Source: Desulfuromonadales bacterium
GTDB taxonomy: Bacteria > Desulfobacterota > Desulfuromonadia > Desulfuromonadales > UBA2197
Length of the DNA: 62,372 nucleotides
Assembly: GCA_034370465.1 (NCBI GenBank)
Contig: JAXMLA010000040.1
Coordinates: 1-62,372, forward strand
Direction: 5' to 3'
Each line of letters starts with the position of its first letter. Position 1 is the stretch's first letter. Shown here piece by piece: positions 36,889 to 48,548 of this stretch. The notes beneath the pieces are model-generated. The model did no database searches and had not been told where the DNA came from. It saw only the letters and a list, made by a program, of their open reading frames with translations. The position numbers were made by a program, and so were the translations under genes.

Positions 36889-37392
36889 ATGAAAGCTTTG
36901 ATCCTGAGCGCAAACAACTTTGAGGATTCGGAATTGCTGGTTCCCCTTTATCGCTTGCAGGAAGCGGGATTTGTGGTCGATGTGGCGGCGGCGGAACGGG
37001 GGACTATTGTCGGCAAGCATGGTTACGAGGTACAGATCAACAAAACTTTCGCCGATATCCGTGCGGATGATTATGTTGTCCTTATTTTGCCGGGAGGAAA
37101 AGCGCCGGCGGCGATTCGCAACCTGCCGACGGTGCAGGCGATTGTCCGCGCCTTCTTTGCCGCCTACAAACCGGTTGGCGCCATTTGTCACGGGCCGCAA
37201 ATTCTGGTTTCCGCCGACGTGCTCAGCGGCCGTCATGTCACCTGTTACCAGGGGGTAGCGGAGGAAGTCCAAAAGGCCGGTGCAAAATATTCGGACAACG
37301 AAGTGGTGGTCGACAGCCGCCTCGTCACCTCGCGCCAACCCGGTGACCTGCCCGCCTTTATGCGCGAACTGATGCGGCTGTTGCCGCACTGA
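36889..37392 (+). CDS. DJ-1/PfpI-family protein
   Basis: KALILSANNFEDSELLVPLYRLQEAG, the nucleophile elbow AICHGPQIL, and TSRQPGDLPAF are present. Confidence 0.88.
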   Translation: MKALILSANNFEDSELLVPLYRLQEAGFVVDVAAAERGTIVGKHGYEVQINKTFADIRADDYVVLILPGGKAPAAIRNLPTVQAIVRAFFAAYKPVGAICHGPQILVSADVLSGRHVTCYQGVAEEVQKAGAKYSDNEVVVDSRLVTSRQPGDLPAFMRELMRLLPH

Positions 37393-37402
37393 GCGGATTA
37401 TG

Positions 37403-38215
37403 CTAGCGCTGTTCTTTCCGGGCCAGGCCGTAAATCACCTGATAGGTCGCAGGGATGCTGTTGTTGCTGCCGAAGCGCTCTTGATAGATGGCCATCATCC
37501 GCTCAGTTGTTCTCCGTCCAGAGAGTCCGGTGGGGCGTTGACTGGCGGCGTTCTGGGCGCCGATCCGTTTGAGACTGCGCAGCAGGTGGGGGACATCGGG
37601 ATGTACTTCCTGCTCGTCCTGCAACTCCAATGTGCCGGTTAAACCGGCGGCTGCAAGCGCGGCGGCAACGGTACTTTCATCCGGAAAGCGCTGCATGTGG
37701 GAGCTGGCATCACGGCCTGTTTCGACGAGGGCGGCGCTATGCGCGGCGCGCAGCTCACGCAGCGTCCCGGCCCCGAAGAGGGCAAAGGCAAAGAGGCCGC
37801 CCGGTTGCAGGACTCGCTGCACCTCGGCAAAGGCGCGGGGGAGATCGTTCACCCATTGATACATCGAGGCGGAGAGGACGAGACCGAGCGAGGCGGAGCG
37901 CAACGGCAGGGCTTCGGCATCGGCATCAAAGGCGGCAACGGTTACTAATCGTGTCGTCGCGGTACAGGTCATGGCGTGGGCAATATCGGCGACGAGAAGG
38001 GGGAGGAACGGGGCTTTTTCTTGCAGCTTATGGGCGAGATCGCCGGTGCCGGTGCCGATATCGAGGGCGAGCTGATAAGGGGAAAGGTCTTCAGGGAGGC
38101 GGGCGATCAGTCCGGCCACCACCCGCTTTTGCACCTGGGCATAGCAATCGTATTCCCCGGCGTGCGCGGAGAAGTGCTGGCGCACCTGGCGGCTGGAGAC
38201 GGAAAGTGTGTTCAT
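37403..38215 (-). CDS. bioC: Malonyl-ACP O-methyltransferase BioC
   Basis: The SAM motif is LDIGTGTGDL, and SASMYQWVNDL is present. It is the last gene of a bio operon, with 4-nt overlaps. Confidence 0.8.
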   Translation of the reverse strand: MNTLSVSSRQVRQHFSAHAGEYDCYAQVQKRVVAGLIARLPEDLSPYQLALDIGTGTGDLAHKLQEKAPFLPLLVADIAHAMTCTATTRLVTVAAFDADAEALPLRSASLGLVLSASMYQWVNDLPRAFAEVQRVLQPGGLFAFALFGAGTLRELRAAHSAALVETGRDASSHMQRFPDESTVAAALAAAGLTGTLELQDEQEVHPDVPHLLRSLKRIGAQNAASQRPTGLSGRRTTERMMAIYQERFGSNNSIPATYQVIYGLARKEQR

Positions 38216-38982
38216 GACAGGAACTGACGGATGACGGCGCTGGCCGGTGCAGCTGCGCGGTAAAAAGGGGCGTGGCCGTAACCGCTGAATTCATGGAACA
38301 GCGCTTGCGGCAAAGCGTCGGAGAGAAAGCGTCCGGCACCGATCGGGATGATGACATCGGCGCTGCCGTGCAGCACCAGGGTCGGCAGGGTGATGGCGGA
38401 GAGCTGGTTGCGCAGGTCGACCTGGCGGAGCAGTTCCAGTCCGCCGAGAGCGGTGGCCGCTTTTACATCGACCCGGAGCGGGGGAGGGGGGGGACATTCC
38501 CCTTGAAACTGCAGGGACCAGAAGTTTGCGAGGGTTGGAGTCGGCGACCGTTTGAAGTCGCGAGCGAGAGCGCGGACCGTGGTGTCAGTCAAGCCATGCG
38601 GCCAATCCGCTGTCGAAACAAAGCGGGGCGTGGTTGCAATCAGAGCCAGTCGCTCAAATCGCTGCGGAAAGCGGGCCGCCAGCTCCTGGGCAATCATCCC
38701 CCCCAGCGACCAGCCGAGGAGGGTCACCTTTTCCAGACCGAGAGCGTCGAACCAGTCGATATAATCCTCGGCCAGAGCAGCCAGATCGATCGTTGCCGTT
38801 GCCGTTGAAGCGCCGTAGCCGGGGAGATCGGGGGCAAGGCAGTGGCAGCCGGGGAGTCGGCTCATCAGTTCGTCAAAGATCGCTGCGGAGCTCCCCCAGC
38901 CATGAATGAGAACGAGTGGCGCACCGCTGCCGCTCGTCCGCCAGGCAAAGGTGCGGCCGTCCGGCAGGAGCAGAGAGTTCAT
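38212..38982 (-). CDS. bioH: Pimeloyl-ACP methyl ester carboxylesterase BioH
   Basis: LVLIHGWGSSAAIF and LLGWSLGGMIA (GxSxG) are present. The protein aligns along its length with E. coli BioH. Confidence 0.8.
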   Translation of the reverse strand: MNSLLLPDGRTFAWRTSGSGAPLVLIHGWGSSAAIFDELMSRLPGCHCLAPDLPGYGASTATATIDLAALAEDYIDWFDALGLEKVTLLGWSLGGMIAQELAARFPQRFERLALIATTPRFVSTADWPHGLTDTTVRALARDFKRSPTPTLANFWSLQFQGECPPPPPLRVDVKAATALGGLELLRQVDLRNQLSAITLPTLVLHGSADVIIPIGAGRFLSDALPQALFHEFSGYGHAPFYRAAAPASAVIRQFLS

Positions 38983-40175
38983 TCCGCTCCCCCCTGTCCT
39001 TTGATGATGGCAATGATCTTCTCCGCCGCCGCTTCAAGCTCAAGCGGGTCGTGCGTCGCCATCACCGTGGCGCGCAGACGGCAGCGGCCGACCGGAACCG
39101 TCGGGGGACGCACTCCTTGCAGGCAGATACCGGCGGCCAAAAGGGCGTTGGCTGCCGCCATGGTCGGCTGCGGGTCCTTGGTGAGGATCGGTACAATCTG
39201 GGTCGTGCTGCCGAGGAGGTCGAGACCGCCAGCCTGGAGACGGGTGCTAAAACGCTGGCGATTCGCCCTAAGCCGGGCGCGCAGCTCTGCTCCCTCCGGG
39301 CTGGCAATGATGCGGAGCGCGGCGCTGGCCGCGGCCGGCACCGCCGGCGGCAGGCTGGTGGAGAAGATAAAGGAACGGCTGCGGTTGATCAGAGTGTCGA
39401 TCAGCGGCCGGGGAGCAGCGAGATAAGCGCCGGCGCCGCCGAGAGCTTTGCCGAGCGTCCCCATCTGCAGGTCGATGGCGCCAGCACACCCGCAAAGTTC
39501 GGCACTGCCGCGCCCTGTAGCGCCGAGGACGCCGGTACCGTGCGCGTCGTCGACCATGAGCAGCGCATCGTATTTCTCCTTGAGGCGCGCCAGCTCCGCC
39601 AGCGGAGCGATGACCCCATCCATGCTGAAGACGCCGTCGGTGACGATCACCCATTTGCCGCACCGGTTCGGCATTTCAGCCAGGAGGAGTTCTTCGAGGG
39701 CAACAACATCGGCATGCGGATAAACAATGGTGCGGGCGCTGCTGAGGCGACAGCCGTCGATAATCGAAGCATGATTGAGAGCATCGGAAAAGATGATGTC
39801 GTCGGCGCCGCCGAAGAGGCCCTGGAGGATGCCGGTATTGGCGGCATAACCGCAGTTGAAGAGGAGGGCCGCTTCCGTCCCCTTGAAGGCGGCGATCTCT
39901 TCTTCAAAGTCGCGATGCGGGGGGAGCGAACCGGAAAGGAGGCGGCTGCCGCTGCTGCCGACACCATAACGGGTCATGGCGCTGCTGGCGGCGGCGATGA
40001 GCTGAGGATGAGTGGCGAGGCCGAGGTAGTTGTTGGAGGAGAGGAGAAGGGTGTCGCGACCGTTCATGCGGACATGGGCGGCCGGAGCACTCTCGATGGT
40101 GCGCAGCAGTCGGCGCATCCCCTGGGCTTCAAGGCTGGTCAGGTCGTTGCGATAGTCGGCAAGGAGATCGTTCAT
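38979..40175 (-). CDS. bioF: 8-amino-7-oxononanoate synthase BioF
   Basis: It has the PLP-dependent alpha-oxoamine synthase pattern: SNNYLGLA, DDAHGTGVLG and TLGKALG (the PLP lysine). Confidence 0.9.
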   Translation of the reverse strand: MNDLLADYRNDLTSLEAQGMRRLLRTIESAPAAHVRMNGRDTLLLSSNNYLGLATHPQLIAAASSAMTRYGVGSSGSRLLSGSLPPHRDFEEEIAAFKGTEAALLFNCGYAANTGILQGLFGGADDIIFSDALNHASIIDGCRLSSARTIVYPHADVVALEELLLAEMPNRCGKWVIVTDGVFSMDGVIAPLAELARLKEKYDALLMVDDAHGTGVLGATGRGSAELCGCAGAIDLQMGTLGKALGGAGAYLAAPRPLIDTLINRSRSFIFSTSLPPAVPAAASAALRIIASPEGAELRARLRANRQRFSTRLQAGGLDLLGSTTQIVPILTKDPQPTMAAANALLAAGICLQGVRPPTVPVGRCRLRATVMATHDPLELEAAAEKIIAIIKGQGGAE

Positions 40176-40969
40176 CCGGCAAAAACCTCGTCCTCATGAA
40201 TCCGTCCGATCCGGCTAAAGAGGACCGGTTCTTCTTCGAGAAAAGTGGTGATCTCGGCGAGATTGAAGGTCGAACCCTGATAAAAGAAGGCGCGGCCGCC
40301 GAGCTTGTCCCCTTTTGCCTTCAGATGAGGGAAGCGCACATAGCCCCGCAGCGGGGAGGCGACATAACCGGCGGTATAATCGGGATCGTCGGACCAGCAG
40401 AGCTCTGCCACGATCCCCGGTGACAACAGGACTTTGCCGGCCAGGGCGAGAGCTTCGCGTAGATGGGCCGTGTCGCGTCCACTATCTTGCAGCGCTGCAG
40501 TCAAGGCTGCGTGGGCTGCAAGGTTGAGATCCATGCGGCTGACGCGGAGTCCACGGGCCGGGTCACTCTCCAGGCGTTCCCCACTGCCGGCATCGACGAG
40601 CATGGCGCCGCGCATGACTTTCCCGCCGGGTGCGGCGCCGCTGGCCAAGGCCGCGATGGCGGCAGTCGCGGCGGCGTCACTGACTCCGGCGCGCAACAAT
40701 TCCGTCTTGGCCGCAGCGCGACCGGCATGAAGATCACTAACCAGAATTGTCGTGATATCGGGGAGGGGAGCGTCCTTGATGGCGATCATTGGCAGGGCGT
40801 CGATGGCGAGTCGAATCGCATCAGGATTGCCCCGCGAATGACCAAGGGCCCGGGTGATCATCGCCGTGGCAATGGTTGCCAGATCGAGAGCCGGAGCAAT
40901 CCGCTCGGCGCCGGAGATGTGTTCGTTCGATTGCGCGGCGCGCATGCGGATGCTGAAGAGTTGGCTCAT
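40172..40969 (-). CDS. bioW: 6-carboxyhexanoate-CoA ligase (pimeloyl-CoA synthetase) BioW
   Basis: FSIRMRAA...HISGAERI, GLRVSRMD and VAELCWSDDPDYTAGYVA closely parallel B. subtilis BioW. Confidence 0.88.
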   Translation of the reverse strand: MSQLFSIRMRAAQSNEHISGAERIAPALDLATIATAMITRALGHSRGNPDAIRLAIDALPMIAIKDAPLPDITTILVSDLHAGRAAAKTELLRAGVSDAAATAAIAALASGAAPGGKVMRGAMLVDAGSGERLESDPARGLRVSRMDLNLAAHAALTAALQDSGRDTAHLREALALAGKVLLSPGIVAELCWSDDPDYTAGYVASPLRGYVRFPHLKAKGDKLGGRAFFYQGSTFNLAEITTFLEEEPVLFSRIGRIHEDEVFAG

Positions 40970-41000
40970 AATGGCGCGAAATTAACATGCTCATACCTCA

Positions 41001-41033
41001 TTGTCAACCATATGGAATATATAAGGTTGACAA
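41001..41033. promoter_or_regulatory. BirA-type biotin operator TTGTCAACC-N15-GGTTGACAA upstream of bioW
   Basis: A perfect 9-bp inverted repeat lies 32 nt upstream of the bioW start. Its half-sites differ by one base from E. coli bioO (TTGTAAACC...GGTTTACAA). Confidence 0.7.
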
Positions 41034-41053
41034 TCATTGAACCGCAAACCGGG

Positions 41054-41081
41054 TTGACATTCTGTGCCGCTGCTCTACAAT
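41054..41081 (+). promoter_or_regulatory. Candidate sigma70 promoter TTGACA-16-TACAAT for the Isf-like gene
   Basis: The -35 is at 41054-59 and the -10 at 41076-81, about 48 nt upstream of the ATG at 41129. Confidence 0.55.
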
Positions 41082-41128
41082 ATGCAGCATTGAATTGCGA
41101 ACTTTCCACCCCTTGCTGAAGGAGTTAT

Positions 41129-41767
41129 TTGATGAACGTTGTCGCCTTTAACGGTAGTCCAAAAGAGAATGGCAATACTGCGGCCGCGCTGAAACTGGTC
41201 GCGACAGAACTGGAGGGGGCGGGAGTCACCGTCAACTTCGTTCATCTCGGCAAAGAAGTGATCCGCGGCTGCACGGCCTGCGGTGCCTGCATCAAGAATC
41301 GCAATGAACGCTGCATCATCGAAACAGACAACGTCAACGATTACATTCAACTGATGAAGAATGCCGACGGTATCCTCTTCGGTTCGCCGGTACACTTTGC
41401 GGCCATTGCCGGCACCATGAAATCCTTTCTCGATCGCGCTTTTTACGTCACCGGGGTCAATAATTCACTGCTGCGCCACAAGGTTGGAGCTGCTGTCGTC
41501 GCTGTCCGTCGTTCCGGCGGAGTCACCACCTTCGATGCCTTGAACCATTATATCAACTATGCAGAAATGGTCATGCCCGGATCCAATTACTGGAACGTCA
41601 TCCACGGCACCCGTCCCGGCGATACTGTCAAGGATGAAGAGGGCGAACAGATTATGCGCGTTTTAGGGCGCAACATGCTCTGGCTCCTGCAGTTGATCGA
41701 GGCGGGCAGGAGCACACACCCGGCTCCGGCCCTGGAGCGCAAGGTTTACACTAACTTTGTGAGATGA
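41129..41767 (+). CDS. Iron-sulfur flavoprotein (Isf)-like NADPH-dependent FMN reductase family protein
   Basis: MNVVAFNGSPKENGNT is flavodoxin-like. The compact Cys motif CTACGACIKNRNERC has CX2CX2CX7C spacing, as in Isf. Confidence 0.75.
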   Translation: MMNVVAFNGSPKENGNTAAALKLVATELEGAGVTVNFVHLGKEVIRGCTACGACIKNRNERCIIETDNVNDYIQLMKNADGILFGSPVHFAAIAGTMKSFLDRAFYVTGVNNSLLRHKVGAAVVAVRRSGGVTTFDALNHYINYAEMVMPGSNYWNVIHGTRPGDTVKDEEGEQIMRVLGRNMLWLLQLIEAGRSTHPAPALERKVYTNFVR

Positions 41768-41807
41768 TGATTGACAGCTTGATCCCCGTACACGATACTC
41801 CTCCCCT

Positions 41808-42107
41808 ATGATCCGTGACGACTATGATGACCAGGCATGGGACGCACTCTGTAAAGGGTGCGGCCTGTGCTGTTTTGAAAAACTTGAAGCTGAAGATGGC
41901 CGGATCAGCTATACGCAGATCCCCTGCCGTTATCTTGACGTTGTGACCCGCCGTTGTCGGATCTTTGAGCGGCGCTTGGAGATCAATCCTTCCTGCATCA
42001 AGTTGACCCCGGCGCTGGTGCCGAAGCTCCACTGGCTGCCGATGCACTGCGGATATCGCGGCGACCTCTCCGTGGTGCCAAAGAAGAATCCACGCCGCCG
42101 GCGCTGA
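41808..42107 (+). CDS. YkgJ/UPF0153-type zinc- or iron-chelating CxxCxGxCC domain protein
   Basis: CKGCGLCCFEK...PCRYLD...RCRIFERR is present. Confidence 0.7.
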   Translation: MIRDDYDDQAWDALCKGCGLCCFEKLEAEDGRISYTQIPCRYLDVVTRRCRIFERRLEINPSCIKLTPALVPKLHWLPMHCGYRGDLSVVPKKNPRRRR

Positions 42108-42916
42108 TGACCTGTCCGTCTTCCTCAAAAGGAGATCTTATAGTGCTGCGCCTTGTCCACTTGCTCCTCCTTCTGTTCACTCTCTGTCTCCTGTCGGCCT
42201 GTCGTCTTTCTTCACCGTCACCACCACCTCAATCAGCGATTTCCGGTCCGACGGGAATTTCCGGACAGGTTACAAACAAGGAGGGCGCTCCCGCGCTCGG
42301 TGCCGCGGTCTATGCTTATCGCAGTCCGAAAGGGGGCTTGCGCGGCCCGGCTGACTTTGAAGCGCTGGTCGGGGCCGAAGGCGATTACTTTCTCGACCTG
42401 GTTGAGGGGACCTATTATCTGACTGCCCGCCTGCGGCGCAGTGGCAGTGATGCCGGTCCGCCCCGCTCCGGCGACGGTTGGGCGATCTTTGGCCATAACC
42501 CGGTGACGGTCCGGCCGGGGATGACCAGTCGTGCGGATCTGATCCTGCGCGGTGTGACCCAGCCGATGCTCCTCAAGGAGGGGAGCCTGACTTCCGGTGA
42601 CAGCGGTTTTACCGGCCAGATTGTCGATAGTGCCGGCCATCCGGTGGCCGGGGCGATTGCCCTGGCTTACCGCTCCCCTGATTATCACCGCATGCCCGAT
42701 TATACTGCCGCCGCCACCGGGGAGGATGGCCGCTTCGCCCTTTATCTCCCCCAGGGCGGCACCTATTGCCTTGCTGCCCGCACCAAAACCCGCGGCCAAC
42801 CCCGCGACGGGGAACCTTACGGCCTTCTCGCGGAGGGGGCAGAGGGGTGTCGCAGCCTCACCAAAGGTGAAATACGCGACGTCGGCACGATCATCCTTTC
42901 TCCCTATCACCGCTAA
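42107..42916 (+). CDS. Lipoprotein with two carboxypeptidase-regulatory-like (Ig-like) repeats
   Basis: The lipobox is LLSAC. There is an internal repeat: GQVTNKEGAPALGAAVYAYRS and GQIVDSAGHPVAGAIALAYRS. The start overlaps the upstream stop (TGATG). Confidence 0.6.
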   Translation: MTCPSSSKGDLIVLRLVHLLLLLFTLCLLSACRLSSPSPPPQSAISGPTGISGQVTNKEGAPALGAAVYAYRSPKGGLRGPADFEALVGAEGDYFLDLVEGTYYLTARLRRSGSDAGPPRSGDGWAIFGHNPVTVRPGMTSRADLILRGVTQPMLLKEGSLTSGDSGFTGQIVDSAGHPVAGAIALAYRSPDYHRMPDYTAAATGEDGRFALYLPQGGTYCLAARTKTRGQPRDGEPYGLLAEGAEGCRSLTKGEIRDVGTIILSPYHR

Positions 42917-43006
42917 CTTCACCGCCTTTACCCTTGAGGGGGGCGGCTCCTTGTGCTAGTATGCGCGCCCTGCAACTTTATAAATTGTCCATCGATGGAG
43001 CTTGAT

Positions 43007-45703
<2,697 letters not shown>

Positions 45704-45732
45704 TCATTTAAATTCAGCGCATTAAAGGTTGA

Positions 45733-46929
45733 ATGATCATGCAGAATCTTAAGATAAAAGGCTTTCGTTTTGCCGCCTGCGCTGCCGGGATCAAAAAGAG
45801 CGGCAAACTCGACCTCGGTTTGATTGTCTCTTCGACCCCGGCGCGCTGTGCTGCGGTCTACACCACCAACAAGGTCGTAGCCGCGCCGATCGTCATCACC
45901 CGCGACCGTCTTGCCGCCGGTTACTGTCAGGCGATTCTGGTGAACAGCGGCAATGCCAATGCCTGTACCGGTGCTGCCGGTCACGACGTTGCTCTGCAGA
46001 CCGCCGACCTTGTTGCGGCGCAGTTGCAGATTCCGGTCGAAACTGTTGCCATTGCTTCGACCGGGGTTATTGGTCAACTTCTGCCGCTCGCCCCCTTTGC
46101 CACCTTTTTGCCGCCAGTGGTCGCCGCCCTGGCGGAAGATCGCTGCGCTGACGTTGCCGAGGCGATCCGCACCACCGATGCTTATCCGAAGATAGCAACC
46201 GCCGCGGGGAGGAGCGCCGGCAATCTTTATAATATTGTTGCCATCGCCAAAGGGGCGGGGATGATCCACCCGAACATGGCGACCATGCTCGCTTTTGTTA
46301 TGACCGACGCGCAGGTGGCGCCGGATCTTCTTGATGCCGCGCTGCGGCGTGCGGTCGATGCGTCCTTTAACAGCATCACTGTCGATCGCGATACCTCGAC
46401 CAACGATATGGTTTTGCTCCTCGCCAACGGCGCATCGGGGGGTGCGGAGATTCAAGGCAATACCCCGGACGGCGATGCTTTTGCCGGGAATCTTGCAGTT
46501 GTCCTGCTGGAGCTTGCCAAACTCATTGTCAAGGATGGCGAAGGGGCGACCAAGGTGGTCGAGATCGAAGTGCGCGGGGGGCGGGATGATGCCCAGGCGC
46601 GGCAGGCAGCGATGAGTGTTGCCACCTCCAGTCTGGTCAAGACCGCTTTCTTTGGCGAAGACGCCAACTGGGGACGGATCATTGCTGCGGTCGGTTACTC
46701 CGGGGCCGAGATAAATCCGGAACGGGTCGCCATCTCTTTTGGCGAGATCCCGGTGGTGCGTGACGGGATCAGCACCGGCGTTGAACTCGAAGCCCAAGCG
46801 ACGGCGGTACTGAAGCAGCCCGAATTCAAGGTCACCATCGATCTCCATCTCGGTAACGGTCTCGGCCGCTATTACACCTCGGACTTGACTTATGACTACG
46901 TCAAGTGCAATGCCTCCTATCGCAGTTAA
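45733..46929 (+). CDS. argJ: Bifunctional ornithine acetyltransferase / N-acetylglutamate synthase ArgJ
   Basis: KGAGMIHPNMATMLAFVMTDA (the autoprocessing site) and the C-terminal YVKCNASYRS are present. Confidence 0.93.
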   Translation: MIMQNLKIKGFRFAACAAGIKKSGKLDLGLIVSSTPARCAAVYTTNKVVAAPIVITRDRLAAGYCQAILVNSGNANACTGAAGHDVALQTADLVAAQLQIPVETVAIASTGVIGQLLPLAPFATFLPPVVAALAEDRCADVAEAIRTTDAYPKIATAAGRSAGNLYNIVAIAKGAGMIHPNMATMLAFVMTDAQVAPDLLDAALRRAVDASFNSITVDRDTSTNDMVLLLANGASGGAEIQGNTPDGDAFAGNLAVVLLELAKLIVKDGEGATKVVEIEVRGGRDDAQARQAAMSVATSSLVKTAFFGEDANWGRIIAAVGYSGAEINPERVAISFGEIPVVRDGISTGVELEAQATAVLKQPEFKVTIDLHLGNGLGRYYTSDLTYDYVKCNASYRS

Positions 46930-46981
46930 GGCTTTTCCTCCGCCTGTGCGCTCCTCCTCTTCTGATCTCTCTGGATAGTTC

Positions 46982-48157
46982 ATGTCGATTCAACGCGTTA
47001 TCCTTATCGTCCTCGACGGCGTCGGCATCGGCGCCCTGCCGGATGCCGTCCGTTATGGTGATAGCGACGCGAACACCTTGCTGCATATTGCTCAGCAAGA
47101 AGGCGGGTTGCACTTGCCGAACCTGCAGCAACTCGGTCTCGGCAACATCCTGACTCTCCCCGGCGTCCCACCCGCGACCCCGCCCCGGGCGCATTTCGGG
47201 CGCATGCAATCGACCGCCGTCGGCAAGGATTCCACCACCGGCCACTGGGAACTCTGCGGCGTCACCCAGTTGCAGCCTTTTACCACCTTTGCACACGGTT
47301 TCCCGGCAGAAATTATCGCCGCCTTTACGCAGCAAACCGGCCTGTCACCCCTGGGAAATGTCGCAGCCAGCGGCACCGAGGTGTTACGCCGCTTCGGCGA
47401 AGAACACAGGCGCAGCGGTCGGCCGATCATCTATACCAGTGTCGATTCCGTCTTTCAGATTGCCGCACATGAAGAGGTTATCGCTCCGTCGCGCCTTTAC
47501 GAAATCTGTCAAATCAGCCGCAAGATTCTTGATCCCTATCGCATTGCTCGCGTGATTGCCCGGCCCTTTATCGGCACAGCGGCGGACAATTTCAAACGCA
47601 CCCGGCGCCGCCATGATTTTTCCATGCCGCCGACCTCGCCAACGGTTCTCGATGACCTGACAGCGCATCACCTGACGGTTCATGCCGTCGGCAAGATCAG
47701 TGATCTTTTTGCCGGACGGGGCATTTCATCATCGACTGCCACGCGCAATAATCAGGAGGGGATGGCGCAGACTGTGGCAGCGCTCAAGTACGTCGAGCGG
47801 GGGATGATCTTTACAAATCTGATCGATTTTGACATGGAGTACGGGCATCGCCTCGATGTTGCCGGCTTTGCCCGGGCTTTGGAGAGTTTTGATACGGATT
47901 TGCATCCCCTGATGGCAGCCATGTCTCCGGGGGATCTCCTTTTACTCACCGCCGACCACGGTTGCGACCCGACCACTGCCGGCAGCGATCACAGCCGCGA
48001 ATATGTGCCACTCCTTGCCTGGCAGCCGGAAATGATCACGGGTCGGGATCTCGGGACAAGAACCACCCTGGCCGATGTTGCCGCCACCATCGCCACAATC
48101 TTCTCTTTGCCGCTGCGAAGTGGAACGCCCCTGGCGCTTTTTCCAGATCAAACTTGA
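46982..48157 (+). CDS. deoB: Phosphopentomutase
   Basis: VILIVLDGVGIGALPDA, NLIDFDMEYGHR and LLLTADHGCDPT are present. Confidence 0.92.
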   Translation: MSIQRVILIVLDGVGIGALPDAVRYGDSDANTLLHIAQQEGGLHLPNLQQLGLGNILTLPGVPPATPPRAHFGRMQSTAVGKDSTTGHWELCGVTQLQPFTTFAHGFPAEIIAAFTQQTGLSPLGNVAASGTEVLRRFGEEHRRSGRPIIYTSVDSVFQIAAHEEVIAPSRLYEICQISRKILDPYRIARVIARPFIGTAADNFKRTRRRHDFSMPPTSPTVLDDLTAHHLTVHAVGKISDLFAGRGISSSTATRNNQEGMAQTVAALKYVERGMIFTNLIDFDMEYGHRLDVAGFARALESFDTDLHPLMAAMSPGDLLLLTADHGCDPTTAGSDHSREYVPLLAWQPEMITGRDLGTRTTLADVAATIATIFSLPLRSGTPLALFPDQT

Positions 48158-48172
48158 CTTTATTTCCCTCAG

Positions 48173-48198
48173 ACCTTATCCATATATCAGAATAAGGT
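48173..48198 (+). promoter_or_regulatory. Inverted repeat accttat-N12-ataaggt upstream of arsR (candidate autoregulatory operator)
   Basis: A perfect 7-bp IR lies 40-65 nt upstream of the arsR ATG. A TTGACT at about 48154 may be the -35. Confidence 0.45.
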
Positions 48199-48237
48199 TT
48201 GAGCTGCTGATTTTATCTGTCCCAGGAGAAGAAGACT

Positions 48238-48540
48238 ATGGCCCAACAGGAATTTGACAAGCACGCCAACCTTGAACGTCAAGCCGAAATCCTTAAAGTT
48301 CTCGGGCATCCCATCCGCCTGAAGATTGTTGCCGGTCTCCTTTCCCAGAGTTGCAATGTCAAGAAGATCTGGGAGTGTCTCGAATTGCCGCAGGCGACAG
48401 TCTCCCAGCATCTCTCCCTTTTAAAGAGTAAGCAGATCATTGCCGGCCGCCGGGACGGCACGGAAGTCTTTTACAGCGTCACTTCTGCTGAAGCCAAAGA
48501 AATTATCGCCGCCCTCTTTGCCCCGCAAAGTAGCTGCTAG
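48238..48540 (+). CDS. ArsR/SmtB-family transcriptional regulator
   Basis: LKVLGHPIRLKIVAGLL...CNVKKIWECLELPQATVSQHLSLLKSKQII is present. Confidence 0.9.
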   Translation: MAQQEFDKHANLERQAEILKVLGHPIRLKIVAGLLSQSCNVKKIWECLELPQATVSQHLSLLKSKQIIAGRRDGTEVFYSVTSAEAKEIIAALFAPQSSC

Positions 48541-48548
48541 CATTGGCC

